NCBI GenBank assembly: GCA_965116925.1 | Contig: OZ220744.1 | Span: 5,056,001 to 5,120,000 of the forward strand | Direction of reading: 5' to 3' | Length of the DNA stretch: 64,000 nucleotides | Source: Candidatus Poribacteria bacterium | Lineage (GTDB): Bacteria; Poribacteria; WGA-4E; PCPOR2b | In this document: piece after piece, positions 18,831 through 28,286 of the stretch | How the letters are laid out: each line of letters starts with the position of its first letter | Position numbering within the stretch: the first letter of the stretch is position 1 | Program-made: the position numbers and the translations under genes | Notes under the pieces: generated by a model | The model's database searches: none | What the model was told of the DNA's origin: nothing | Seen by the model: only the letters and a program-made list of their open reading frames with translations

Positions 18831-20630
18831 CTAAGCCGCGCGAGTTTGAGTTTTCGACATAGCATCCGCAAGCCGAAATTGCGCCGCGGCACGTCCGCCC
18901 TCGGGTAACCCTAGCGGCAAGCGAATATTCAAAAGAAATGGGCGTTTTTGCTTTTCAACCACGTTCAACCCATGTTCAATTGCCGCAGCAAGACGAGACT
19001 CCTCTTGGACGTGCATCCCCTCTATACCGACCCCCTCTGCGAGTTTCACGGGGTCAATTCCGTCTAGAACGACTCCAGCATATTCCCCGGTCTCCTTCAT
19101 CATCCCATTCACGCTTCCGAAGGAGGAAGCAACCGCGCCATAGGATTGATTGTTGGGAATAATGTAGAGGACCGGTACGCTATGATGTGCTGCGGTCCAC
19201 AAACCTGACTCTGCGTACAACAGCGAACCGTCACCGACCAACCCAACAACCGGTTTTTCAGGGGCTGCGAGTTTCAAGCCGACCGCTCCACCAACCCCGT
19301 AGCCCTCAGACCCACCGGCAGCCCGGATATATCTGTTCCTGCCAGTGTCTGTTCTGTCTACGGTGTCTGATGAAAACGTATATCCGCCGACGGTGTCCCA
19401 AGGGACCGCATATTGTTCGAGCATCACCAACCCACCGCCACGACGCTCTAGGGCAGTGTCCAGCGTCTCTGCAACTATCCATGATCGGATCTGATTTGGT
19501 CGAGTTTCAGTCCGCCACACCTCGTTTATTCGCTGTACATGAAGCGCGGCGGCTTGTTCAATTACCGAAGCACGTCGATCGTCAAAGTGATTCGGGGTTG
19601 AATGACTCGACGCCAATTCAAGAAGCCGCTCAAAGGTCCGGCACTCATCCGCCAGAATCGCGATAGACAGATACGGAATATTTTTGATATGCTCGATATC
19701 GGATCCAATGGCGATAACCTGCCGCGCTTTAGAAAATACATCGAAATCTCCCGGCCTGCCGCCGCCCCTATGATGTATCCCGATACAAACGATCAGGTCG
19801 GGCTGAAGGACATCTACCACCTGATCCAACCGTCCACAATTGAGTGGATGTTTCGTTGCGATACTTCTTTCCCAAGTCCCGACGGGGACGTAGCTGCTAA
19901 CACAGGGAACGCCAAAGTGTTCAGCGACCGCGATAATTTGAGCTTCTGCACCGCTCTTCCAGACACCATCCCCAATATAAAACAGCGGGGACTTCGCGTC
20001 ATGCAAGGCAGATTCAATCTTCTCGACATCGTTATCTGATGGATAACCCGCGTGAAGGTCTGGGATACTACCCTCAATAATGTTTGTGGTTATCTGCTCA
20101 GGTCCAAGTGCCCGATCATACACAGCGAGATGGACAGGACCCACCGGCGGCGTTTTGGCGACCAGTAACGCACGGTGAATGGCCTGCGGCAGCCCTTCAG
20201 GTTCGATCACAGTCCAGCTTTGCTTTGTGAAAGGCGCGGCGATGCTGGTCGGTGCGAAGTTGTGACTGAGATCGAGTTCAATCCGATCCGCGAAACTACC
20301 GGTGTCACCTGCAAAGCTGATGACCACGACAGGTAAACCGCCGGACCAAATGTTGATTAGCTGCCCTAAACATTGAGCAAGTCCCGCGGCAAGATGGACC
20401 ACCATGACTGCCGGGTCGAGATTTGCCTGCGTATAACCGCCAGCTTGCGCTGCGACAGTGCCCTCATGGAGTGCCAAAATGCCGTGTATATCTGGGTGAA
20501 CATGCAGTGCGTCAAAAAAACGGGCCTCACGTGACCCGGAGTTATAAAACAGATACTCTACATTCAATACCGCTAGTTGTTCGACCATAATCTGAGACGG
20601 ATTGGCTGTAATAGATCGCATCTGCATCAA
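18831..20630 (-). CDS. TPP-binding enzyme (benzoylformate decarboxylase-like)
   Basis: NSGSRE, LHE and GDGS...NN TPP motif. Confidence 0.85.
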   Translation of the reverse strand: MMQMRSITANPSQIMVEQLAVLNVEYLFYNSGSREARFFDALHVHPDIHGILALHEGTVAAQAGGYTQANLDPAVMVVHLAAGLAQCLGQLINIWSGGLPVVVISFAGDTGSFADRIELDLSHNFAPTSIAAPFTKQSWTVIEPEGLPQAIHRALLVAKTPPVGPVHLAVYDRALGPEQITTNIIEGSIPDLHAGYPSDNDVEKIESALHDAKSPLFYIGDGVWKSGAEAQIIAVAEHFGVPCVSSYVPVGTWERSIATKHPLNCGRLDQVVDVLQPDLIVCIGIHHRGGGRPGDFDVFSKARQVIAIGSDIEHIKNIPYLSIAILADECRTFERLLELASSHSTPNHFDDRRASVIEQAAALHVQRINEVWRTETRPNQIRSWIVAETLDTALERRGGGLVMLEQYAVPWDTVGGYTFSSDTVDRTDTGRNRYIRAAGGSEGYGVGGAVGLKLAAPEKPVVGLVGDGSLLYAESGLWTAAHHSVPVLYIIPNNQSYGAVASSFGSVNGMMKETGEYAGVVLDGIDPVKLAEGVGIEGMHVQEESRLAAAIEHGLNVVEKQKRPFLLNIRLPLGLPEGGRAAAQFRLADAMSKTQTRAA

Positions 20631-20705
20631 GTGTTATTTCACTTTCTTTGTTCAGTGATAAAAACTCGGTTTCTGTTCCTTGCTTTACTGTGCTAATCTC
20701 AGCAA

Positions 20706-21548
20706 TTATTCGCTGACGTAATCCGGACGTTGCTCAAACAGAAGTTGAGCAACGCGAGTTGCTCGGTTCGGAAGTTCAACATTAACAGCGTGTACCGCTT
20801 CCTGTTCTAGATACGTATTGGCTTCTTCGAGGCTTTCAAACTCAAACTCAACGAACCGGTGTGGTGTTGCGCCGTGAAGGTTGTCGTAAGATGCTATCCG
20901 TTTTACCTCTTCAGGTGCTTGCAGTGACGGTGCAACGGAGGCAATATACTCCAGATACGCGTCCTTTCCGCCAAGCGGGTAGTCAACTAAGTAGACTAGT
21001 TTAACCGTCCGGCTGGGATTTTCGTTTTTTGAATAATCAGCAGACCGTTGAACAAATACGTGCGTACTTACCTCACTACTGTGATCTGGAAGTGCTTCAA
21101 AAACCGCAGCGACATCGGGACGACTCAGATATGTCGCCGCATCCACATAATTATCAAATTCAAACTCAACGAGTCGATGCGGATTCTCGCCGCGGGCGTT
21201 ATCGTAAGATGCGACCCGATTGACCTCTTCGGGGGCGAGTAGTGTCGGGGCAACAGCCGCAATCCATGCAAGATAGGCGGCTTTCCTACCGACCGGATAG
21301 TTGACTAACCACACCAACTTCACTGGATTCGATTCCATATCAGCTATCTCGGTGTCCGTAGATGACATCATGTCCATCATATCAGCTATCTCAGTATCTG
21401 TAGATGAAATCATGTCCATTGCATCAGTCAGCCCGGTATCCGTGGAGGGCATCATGTCCATCATTATATCTCTACCAAAATCACAACCGATTAAAGCAAC
21501 TAGCCCTATCAGAGTAACTATAATCATACTTCCTAATTTAAACTGCAT
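20706..21548 (-). CDS. Lipoprotein with Met/Asp-rich repeats and two tandem dimeric alpha+beta barrel-like domains
   Basis: Lipobox LIGC; three 14-aa repeats; duplicated VKLVxLVxYPxGxKxAYL...SYDN...PHRxVEFEF domain. Confidence 0.75.
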   Translation of the reverse strand: MQFKLGSMIIVTLIGLVALIGCDFGRDIMMDMMPSTDTGLTDAMDMISSTDTEIADMMDMMSSTDTEIADMESNPVKLVWLVNYPVGRKAAYLAWIAAVAPTLLAPEEVNRVASYDNARGENPHRLVEFEFDNYVDAATYLSRPDVAAVFEALPDHSSEVSTHVFVQRSADYSKNENPSRTVKLVYLVDYPLGGKDAYLEYIASVAPSLQAPEEVKRIASYDNLHGATPHRFVEFEFESLEEANTYLEQEAVHAVNVELPNRATRVAQLLFEQRPDYVSE

Positions 21549-21629
21549 CAGTTAGTCTCCTTTCGTATAAGGCAGATTAACAGTTAGTCATAAGCCTTTG
21601 GCTCACGTTACGGTTCCAGCGTCGTAAAA

Positions 21630-22103
21630 TTAGAGACCGGGACATTCCTTGTGAAAATGCGTGGTCGCTGCATCAAGATTGTGCAGTGGATATTGTTTAT
21701 CGCGTAATGGCATCATGAGGTTCCACTGCTGAATTTTCCGATTGAGTTGTTGTAACTGAACGGTATATGCTTCCAATGCCCGTGCGCGCTCTAGTTCAAA
21801 AACTGATCGAATCGCATCACGTTTTAGCGGTTGCGCCCCGAGTTGCGATTCCAAACGCCTCCGCCGTCCTTTGATATTCTCGATTAATTTTTCCGCCTTC
21901 TCGGTTTCGGCGCGAATTTCCTTGTCTACTTCAATCCAGCGAGGCGCGAAGCCGTTGTCCTTGAGCATCTGATTGACCGTGCGAACTGCTGGCGGAACGT
22001 AAGGATTGTCATCGCGTTGTTGAGGCTTCCCCTTACCGGGCAAGTCATTGAAATCGCCCCGCTCCATCGCCTCTTGGATCTGTTTGGTAACGTTGTAGGG
22101 CAT
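21630..22103 (-). CDS. DUF1992 (DnaJC28-like) protein
   Basis: IQEAMERGDFNDLPGKGKP...LKDNGFAPRWIE. Confidence 0.88.
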   Translation of the reverse strand: MPYNVTKQIQEAMERGDFNDLPGKGKPQQRDDNPYVPPAVRTVNQMLKDNGFAPRWIEVDKEIRAETEKAEKLIENIKGRRRRLESQLGAQPLKRDAIRSVFELERARALEAYTVQLQQLNRKIQQWNLMMPLRDKQYPLHNLDAATTHFHKECPGL

Positions 22104-22140
22104 GTTTTCACCTCATGATCACGTCCACCGCGAACGGTGT

Positions 22141-22539
22141 CTACTCATCAAAATGATAAACTATTTGGTCAAAGCGGTCGCACGCAAAAGAGAACACAAA
22201 GATCAGCGGCTCGGTGCCGGTACATCGAACAGCATGTTTGGCGTTGGACGGAATGTAGATTGCTGAACCCGGACCAATTTCCGATTTGTGATCGTCAATT
22301 ACCATGTGACCGTTGCCGCTGACGACGTAATATGTCTCCGCTGGCTCGTGGTGGTGAAGAGGGAGCCGGGTGTCAGGCGGAAACTCCGCTACACCCATAA
22401 CGAGCCCACTGCTCGGACCCCTCTCTCCGGTAACCAGAAGCTTCCATCGGATCGCACTCTTGGCGGCAAGGTCTGCGTCCTCCCAACCTTCCCAAGCGAG
22501 CTCTGCTTGATTGATGATGATGGGTTTCTGCACGCTCAT
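22141..22539 (-). CDS. Cupin, DddK/DddW-like (putative DMSP lyase)
   Basis: RWKLL..SSGL..G.AE..P...LHxHxPAExY...G.G...YIPxNAxH...FxxDRFxxxxY. Confidence 0.7.
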   Translation of the reverse strand: MSVQKPIIINQAELAWEGWEDADLAAKSAIRWKLLVTGERGPSSGLVMGVAEFPPDTRLPLHHHEPAETYYVVSGNGHMVIDDHKSEIGPGSAIYIPSNAKHAVRCTGTEPLIFVFSFACDRFDQIVYHFDE

Positions 22540-22583
22540 GGCTCACTTCCTGTTCATGCCTTGAGAACACTTCTTACTTTACC

Positions 22584-23450
22584 TTAACCCTCCAAAGCTG
22601 CTGCACCACTCACAATCTCAGAAATCTCTGTGGTAATCTGAGTCTGGCGGGCACGGTTACGCTGAAGAATTAAATCATCAATAAGGTCATTGGCGTTGCG
22701 CGTCGCATTTTCCATCGCCGCCATCCGCGCCGCTTGCTCTGCAGCGTTGGAATCCAACAAGACCTTCCACATCTGCATATTCAGGTGTTTTGCCAATACA
22801 GACTGAAAAATTGCCTCTTGTTCCGGCTCATATAGGTAATCGAGGAAGAGTTCATCGCCGGTTGGTACTTCAGGGGTGAGCGGCAGCAATTGCTCGACCA
22901 AAACGACTTGTAGAATCGCGGATCTGAAATCGTTATAAATCACTTCTACCCTGTCGACCTGCTTGTCCCTGTATAGATGTTCAAACTCCTCCACAATATC
23001 AACGGCGGTGTCAAATGTCAATTGCCGAAAAATGTTCACATATTCAGCAATAACGTTATAATCGCGCCGTGCGAAATGGTCTCGGGTGCGTCTGCCGACG
23101 CAGAGGACCATCACTTCTGCTCCCTGTTCTTGGTAATGTTGTGCCCGCTGTGTGGTTGTTCGGATCACGTTGCTGTTAAAACTGCCACATAGCCCACGAT
23201 CTGCGGAGACTGAGATCAGGCAAACGCGCTTGAGTTCACGCGATTCCAGTAGCGGATGGGAGGGGTTTTCAATCTGAGCAATCAGATGTCCGAGGATTGT
23301 ATTGAATTTTTCCGCGAAAGGGCGGGTGGCTAGGATATTTTCCTGTGCCCGGCGTAACCTCGCCGCAGCAACCACTCGCATCGCGTCTGTCACCTGCGCG
23401 ATATTCTCAATACTTGTGATACGTCGTCTAATTTCACGTAGTGTCGCCAT
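22584..23450 (-). CDS. atpG: F1 ATP synthase subunit gamma
   Basis: MATLREIRRRI, DRGLCGSFN and RQTQITTEISEI motifs. Confidence 0.97.
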   Translation of the reverse strand: MATLREIRRRITSIENIAQVTDAMRVVAAARLRRAQENILATRPFAEKFNTILGHLIAQIENPSHPLLESRELKRVCLISVSADRGLCGSFNSNVIRTTTQRAQHYQEQGAEVMVLCVGRRTRDHFARRDYNVIAEYVNIFRQLTFDTAVDIVEEFEHLYRDKQVDRVEVIYNDFRSAILQVVLVEQLLPLTPEVPTGDELFLDYLYEPEQEAIFQSVLAKHLNMQMWKVLLDSNAAEQAARMAAMENATRNANDLIDDLILQRNRARQTQITTEISEIVSGAAALEG

Positions 23451-23481
23451 GATAAGCCTCTAATGAGTTACATATTACGTA

Positions 23482-25008
23482 TTATTCTTCAGGTTTGAAC
23501 CCTTCCTTGAAGCTCTGCACGGCGGTGTGAAGCTGTTCAATCAGTTCATCACTGAGTTCCCCCGTATCAACAATCGCCTTGAGAATGTCCGCGTGGTTTC
23601 GTTCCATATATGCCAAGAATTCAGATTCAAACGGTGCCACGTCAGTCGTTTCAAGATCATCCAGATATCCGTTAGATCCGCAGAAAATTGATGCAACCTG
23701 TTTCTCAACGGACATCGGTTCGTATTGGGGCTGTTTCAGCAATTCAACGAGTTGTTCTCCACGCCGAAGTTGGGCTTGCGTAGAAGCGTCCAGATCAGAT
23801 CCAAACTGTGCAAAAGCAGCAACCTCTCGGAAACTAGCTAGGTCAAGCTTCAGGGTGCCTGCGACTTCATCCGACTTCATCGCTCGCGTTTGTGCATCAC
23901 CACCAACGCGGGACACTGATGTGCCGACATCAATTGCCGGGCGAACACCTTGATTGAAGAGTTCCGATGTCAGATAAATCTGTCCATCGGTAATTGAAAT
24001 CACGTTCGTTGGTATGTAAGTCGTGAGGTCACCTTCAAAGATTTCGATAATAGGCAAAGAGGTCAACGAACCGCCGCCCAATTCATCACTGAGTTTGGCG
24101 GCGCGCTCTAACAAACGGGAGTGGAGATAAAAGACATCGCCCGGATACGCTTCACGCCCCGGTGGACGCCGTGAAAGCAGCGACATCTGACGATACGCCC
24201 ACGCATGTTTGGTAAGATCGTCGTAAATCACTAACGCGTGTTGTCCTCTATCGCGGAAGTATTCTCCCATCGAAGTCCCTGTGTAGGGGGCGAGGTATTG
24301 GAGCGGGGAGGGTTCACTTGCCGGCGCAGAAACGACAACCGTGTAATCCATTGCGCCATGCTGTTCTAGGGTATCCACAACCTGTGCAACCGTCGAGCCT
24401 TTCTGCCCAACCGCTACATAGATACAGAATACATCGGTGTTTTTCTGGTTAATAATGGTGTCAATCGGGATAGCCGTTTTACCCGTTTGACGATCGCCGA
24501 TGATTAATTCCCGCTGCCCCCGTCCAATTGGCGTCATGCTGTCAATCGCCTTCAAGCCGGTGTAGAGCGGTTCGTTCACCGGCTGGCGTTGCACAATGCC
24601 CAAACCCTTCCTCTCAACAGGGAGGGTGTGTTCGGTCTGGATTTCACCTTTACCGTCGATAGGTTGTCCAAGAGCGTTTACAACGCGCCCAAGCAGTGCT
24701 TCACCGACAGGCACTTCAAGCAATCTGTTCGTCCGTTTGGCGAGGTCTCCTTCGTGGATTAGTTTGTCCTCGCCGAAGAGGACGCAGCCAACGTTATCCT
24801 CTTCAAGGTTAAATGCCATACCGGCAACGCCGTTGGGAAATTCAATCATTTCGCTTGCCATGACGTTGGCAAGTCCGTGGACACGGGCAATACCGTCGCC
24901 AACTTCGAGCACGGTTCCTGAGTCGTATACGTCAACCTGCTGGCTATATTGTAGTAGTTGTTGTTTTAGAATGTTTGATACTTCGTCGGGTCTGACTTCT
25001 CTTGCCAT
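23482..25008 (-). CDS. atpA: F1 ATP synthase subunit alpha
   Basis: GDRQTGKT and [20 protein letters not shown] motifs. Confidence 0.97.
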   Translation of the reverse strand: MAREVRPDEVSNILKQQLLQYSQQVDVYDSGTVLEVGDGIARVHGLANVMASEMIEFPNGVAGMAFNLEEDNVGCVLFGEDKLIHEGDLAKRTNRLLEVPVGEALLGRVVNALGQPIDGKGEIQTEHTLPVERKGLGIVQRQPVNEPLYTGLKAIDSMTPIGRGQRELIIGDRQTGKTAIPIDTIINQKNTDVFCIYVAVGQKGSTVAQVVDTLEQHGAMDYTVVVSAPASEPSPLQYLAPYTGTSMGEYFRDRGQHALVIYDDLTKHAWAYRQMSLLSRRPPGREAYPGDVFYLHSRLLERAAKLSDELGGGSLTSLPIIEIFEGDLTTYIPTNVISITDGQIYLTSELFNQGVRPAIDVGTSVSRVGGDAQTRAMKSDEVAGTLKLDLASFREVAAFAQFGSDLDASTQAQLRRGEQLVELLKQPQYEPMSVEKQVASIFCGSNGYLDDLETTDVAPFESEFLAYMERNHADILKAIVDTGELSDELIEQLHTAVQSFKEGFKPEE

Positions 25009-25071
25009 GAATTATATTCTCCCTTTGGGGTGAGCACATGTAAATCGCGTAGCAATTTACCTAGCGAACCC

Positions 25072-25611
25072 CTATCCCCTCGCGAGTAATGTTCTCATTC
25101 GTTGAAGCTGTGATGTGATACTTCCATCAAACACAGTATCCCCTAATCGCACGATGACACCCCCTTGAATCGCGGTATCTTCGCTCAATTCAAGCCGCAC
25201 CTCTGCACCCGAATAATCGCTCAATTGCTGAGAGAGGGTGGTTTTTTGTGCATCAGTGAGTGGGACTGCCGATGTTACCTGGGCAACAACACGACCCGCT
25301 TGCAGATCAACGATCTCCAGAAACATCTGCAAGATTGCAACTAAGGACCTCTCACGTTGTTTCAATGCTAGCAAGAGCAGGAAGTTGAGCATGAGCGGAT
25401 GAACAGTTTCGGATAGAAGTTGTTGAAACATCTCACTCTTGAACTGCGGCGATAGAATGGGATTAGTCAGAAACTGATCAAAATCTTCCGAGTCCTGTGT
25501 CAGTCGGAGGATTTGATTCACATCTGTAACGATCTGATCTAAAATATCCTGTTCCGTCGCTGCGCTATACAACGCTTGTGCGTAGGGTTTAGCAATGCGA
25601 GTTTCTCTCAT
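25072..25611 (-). CDS. atpH: ATP synthase subunit delta
   Basis: IAKPYAQAL...GGVIVRLGDTVFDGS; operon position. Confidence 0.95.
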   Translation of the reverse strand: MRETRIAKPYAQALYSAATEQDILDQIVTDVNQILRLTQDSEDFDQFLTNPILSPQFKSEMFQQLLSETVHPLMLNFLLLLALKQRERSLVAILQMFLEIVDLQAGRVVAQVTSAVPLTDAQKTTLSQQLSDYSGAEVRLELSEDTAIQGGVIVRLGDTVFDGSITSQLQRMRTLLARG

Positions 25612-25626
25612 CGTATATTCTTTATA

Positions 25627-26238
25627 TTAGACATTCTGTGTGGGAAGGCGACTGATAGATTCATCAATGATATGCTGATGTTTCTCTGCATCAAGCGTCT
25701 GATTGATGATTTTGCTTGCAGCATCAATTGCGATCTCTGCAACGGTTCCTCGTAGTTCGAGGATAGCTTCGTCCTTTTCGCGCTGGATCTCAGCACGGGC
25801 CCGTTCAAGTTCCGCCCCCGCTTCCTGGCGCGCTTGATCCAGAATTCGCTGGCGTTCGGCGTTGCCCTCATCAATAGCGGCTTGAATCTTTGTCTGTCCT
25901 TCTGTTTCAATTTCGTTGAGGCGTTGACGCGTTTCGGCATTCAACCGATCCAACTCGCTCTGGTCCGCCTCCAGTTTCTCCATTCGCGATGTGATTTCCT
26001 GCTGCCGTTCTTCTAATAAACCGCCAATGCGCCCAAAGACGAATTTCCAAAGCACGAGTAACACAACAAGAAAGCCTAGGGCTTGAAGAATAATTGTCTG
26101 AAAATCGATGCCAATCTGTGCCAGAATCCCCTTTTTCTCGGCGTCATCGGCACTCGCCTCTGCAGCGAATCCACATGTCGGAACAATTAATATCGCGTTG
26201 ATAATAATCAGTAAAAAAAGCCACGTTAATTTTCTCAT
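25627..26238 (-). CDS. atpF: Fo subunit b (with signal-peptide-like N-terminal extension)
   Basis: TM LVVLLVLWKF followed by a long coiled coil; operon position. Confidence 0.93.
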   Translation of the reverse strand: MRKLTWLFLLIIINAILIVPTCGFAAEASADDAEKKGILAQIGIDFQTIILQALGFLVVLLVLWKFVFGRIGGLLEERQQEITSRMEKLEADQSELDRLNAETRQRLNEIETEGQTKIQAAIDEGNAERQRILDQARQEAGAELERARAEIQREKDEAILELRGTVAEIAIDAASKIINQTLDAEKHQHIIDESISRLPTQNV

Positions 26239-26293
26239 TATATTTTTCTTTAAGTTAGGGTAGCGTCTATAGCCTAAGAAAAGTAAGGCATGT

Positions 26294-26349
26294 GTAACGC
26301 AAAACGTAAAACGTCAATAAAATCACGTTTCACGTTTTACGTTTCACGT
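26294..26349. repeat. Inverted heptamer tandem repeats (AAAACGT / TTTCACG)
   Basis: aaaacgt aaaacgt ... tcacgtt tcacgtt ttacgtt tcacgt. Confidence 0.7.
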
Positions 26350-26354
26350 CTTAT

Positions 26355-26651
26355 TCATTGGCTAGTTTGTACCTGTTTCTGAGCGTCAGCCTTAATCATA
26401 TCTTGAAGCATCTGTCCCTCTGGGAGTTTTCCCATAAGCAGGAAAAAGATTAGCAGCGAATAGATCACGAGTGATTCGATAAGAGCCAAACCGATGATCA
26501 TTGCCGTCTGAATCCTTGGTGCTGCTTCAGGTTGCCGCGCAATACCTTCAAGAGCGGTGCTCGTTGCTCTTGCTTGTGCGGTGGATGCAAAAATCACAGC
26601 AATCGGTAGACCGAGTGCCGTGCCGAAAGCTAAAACTGCGAGATAAATCAT
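26355..26651 (-). CDS. atpE: Fo subunit c
   Basis: IARQPEA loop and LIESLVIY; start at ATG 26651 after an AAGGAGGA RBS. Confidence 0.95.
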   Translation of the reverse strand: MIYLAVLAFGTALGLPIAVIFASTAQARATSTALEGIARQPEAAPRIQTAMIIGLALIESLVIYSLLIFFLLMGKLPEGQMLQDMIKADAQKQVQTSQ

Positions 26652-26737
26652 GAAACTTCCTCCTTTAATTTTGATCCCCAAACTGGGATTAGAAAACTAA
26701 AAACAATATTAACTGAACGATAATCATCGCCCATCAA

Positions 26738-27580
26738 TCAATGATGTGCCTCCGCGCCATGGCCTTCCTCATCATGTTCTAGGAACGTAACAATATAAAT
26801 TGATGTGAGAATTGAGAAGACGAGGGCTTGCAGAAACCCACCAAATAGCCCAAAAAACAGCATTGGCACCTGAACTGGCATCCATGGGATAAGCCCGGCG
26901 ATTGCCGGAATTGCCAGCCCCAAAAGGGTTAGGTTAATAATAACAGATTCCTCACCGAAGATATTTCCGAAAAGTCGAATTGCCAAAGAACCGGCACGTG
27001 CGACTTCACCGATGATGTGTAACGGAAACATCAAAGGTCCCAACCACGGTGGGTCACCAATAAAGTGCTTCAGATAGCCCACCAATCCATTCTCTTTAAT
27101 CGCAATGATATGAACGCCGATTACTGCGCTAATGCCGAGCGCAAGTGTCGTATTCAAATCTGCTGTTGGAGATTGAAAACCGGGTATGAGGCCAAGATAG
27201 TTTAAGAATAGGATAAAGATGAAGAAAGATCCGACGAATGGGACATATTTCTTTCCATGCTCTCCCAAAATTCCGCCGAAAAAATTGATTAGTCCACCCA
27301 CGAATAGCTCAAGAAGGGTCTGCCCTTTTCCTTCGGGGAGTCGCTTAAGTTTGCGCGTCGAAATGATAAAAAGCAGCGCAATAACCAGCACTATGAAGTA
27401 AGCGTTGGGGATGAGATCCGGCTGATGCCAACGCTCTGGCTCCGGAACTATATCATCCGGGAGAATTTTTGATATTGGGCTTAACCACGAACGATGAGCT
27501 TCTTCAGCCGCTAAACCGACACTACAGGTGAGCAGAGATAGCAGTAAAATAGAAAATAGTGTGTAAAGTGTCTTTTTCAT
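26738..27580 (-). CDS. atpB: Fo subunit a
   Basis: SPTADLNTT, SLAIRLFGNIFGE and FLQALVF motifs. Confidence 0.95.
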   Translation of the reverse strand: MKKTLYTLFSILLLSLLTCSVGLAAEEAHRSWLSPISKILPDDIVPEPERWHQPDLIPNAYFIVLVIALLFIISTRKLKRLPEGKGQTLLELFVGGLINFFGGILGEHGKKYVPFVGSFFIFILFLNYLGLIPGFQSPTADLNTTLALGISAVIGVHIIAIKENGLVGYLKHFIGDPPWLGPLMFPLHIIGEVARAGSLAIRLFGNIFGEESVIINLTLLGLAIPAIAGLIPWMPVQVPMLFFGLFGGFLQALVFSILTSIYIVTFLEHDEEGHGAEAHH

Positions 27581-27996
27581 TTAGATCCTGTTGAATTATT
27601 TTTTAATAGGATGCCTATCATCATCGCGATTGCTTTGAGGATAATCACAACTTGTACTAGTCCAATTCCCGCTGCAAGGGTGTAGACATTCAGCCAGTTT
27701 GCTTTCGTCAGGAGATAAAATCCGACAAAGATAATTGTGTACTTTCCTAACGCGATGAATCCTAACCAACGCTTTGTTCGTGCCGAACCGCCGGGCTTAA
27801 CCATACGGCGGATGATAAACTCTAACGACAAGATCGCACTCAAACTTAAAAGACTGCCGACCGCAAAACTCAAACTGGCTGGCAGACCGTACACCGCCCA
27901 AAGGATTGGCATTGCAATGAGTGCGAGAACGGTCGTTAGACGATAAACTTGCAGTAGAAATCGGTCATCGAGTTCAAAGGGGGCGCGAGCAATCAC
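27577..27996 (-). CDS. atpI: ATP synthase protein I
   Basis: 4-TM protein upstream of atpB; GTG start at 27996 after GGAGG. Confidence 0.75.
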   Translation of the reverse strand: MIARAPFELDDRFLLQVYRLTTVLALIAMPILWAVYGLPASLSFAVGSLLSLSAILSLEFIIRRMVKPGGSARTKRWLGFIALGKYTIIFVGFYLLTKANWLNVYTLAAGIGLVQVVIILKAIAMMIGILLKNNSTGSK

Positions 27997-27997
27997 T

Positions 27998-28276
27998 TTA
28001 CGAATCCTCCTTTGAATCTTTTTCAGCTGCCTGATCTGCTCGTTGTTCTTGGTGTTCCATACGTTTATTCCACCGAGAGACAGCGCGAAACATCTCAATA
28101 AATCCTGCCGCAGTTCCCACAATAAACCCAATAATTAAGCCGATGGTTTGGTTGCCTAATTTACCACCAATCCACCAACCTAATCCAGACCCAATGCCAA
28201 TTGCCAGCACAAGGGTAATGCCAATTGAAGCCAAATCCATACTATTCCAATCGCTGCCCCGTATCAGTTTAGCCAT
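27998..28276 (-). CDS. atpZ: AtpZ/AtpI family 2-TM protein
   Basis: IGITLV.AI..G..LGWW....LG....GLIIG...G.AAGF pattern; first gene of the atp cluster. Confidence 0.8.
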   Translation of the reverse strand: MAKLIRGSDWNSMDLASIGITLVLAIGIGSGLGWWIGGKLGNQTIGLIIGFIVGTAAGFIEMFRAVSRWNKRMEHQEQRADQAAEKDSKEDS

Positions 28277-28286
28277 TGTCGTGTCC

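Noticed and set aside
27997..28131. Long N-terminus of ORF 27577-28131
   Set aside because: Overlaps atpZ; GTG 27996 with a GGAGG RBS is the better start
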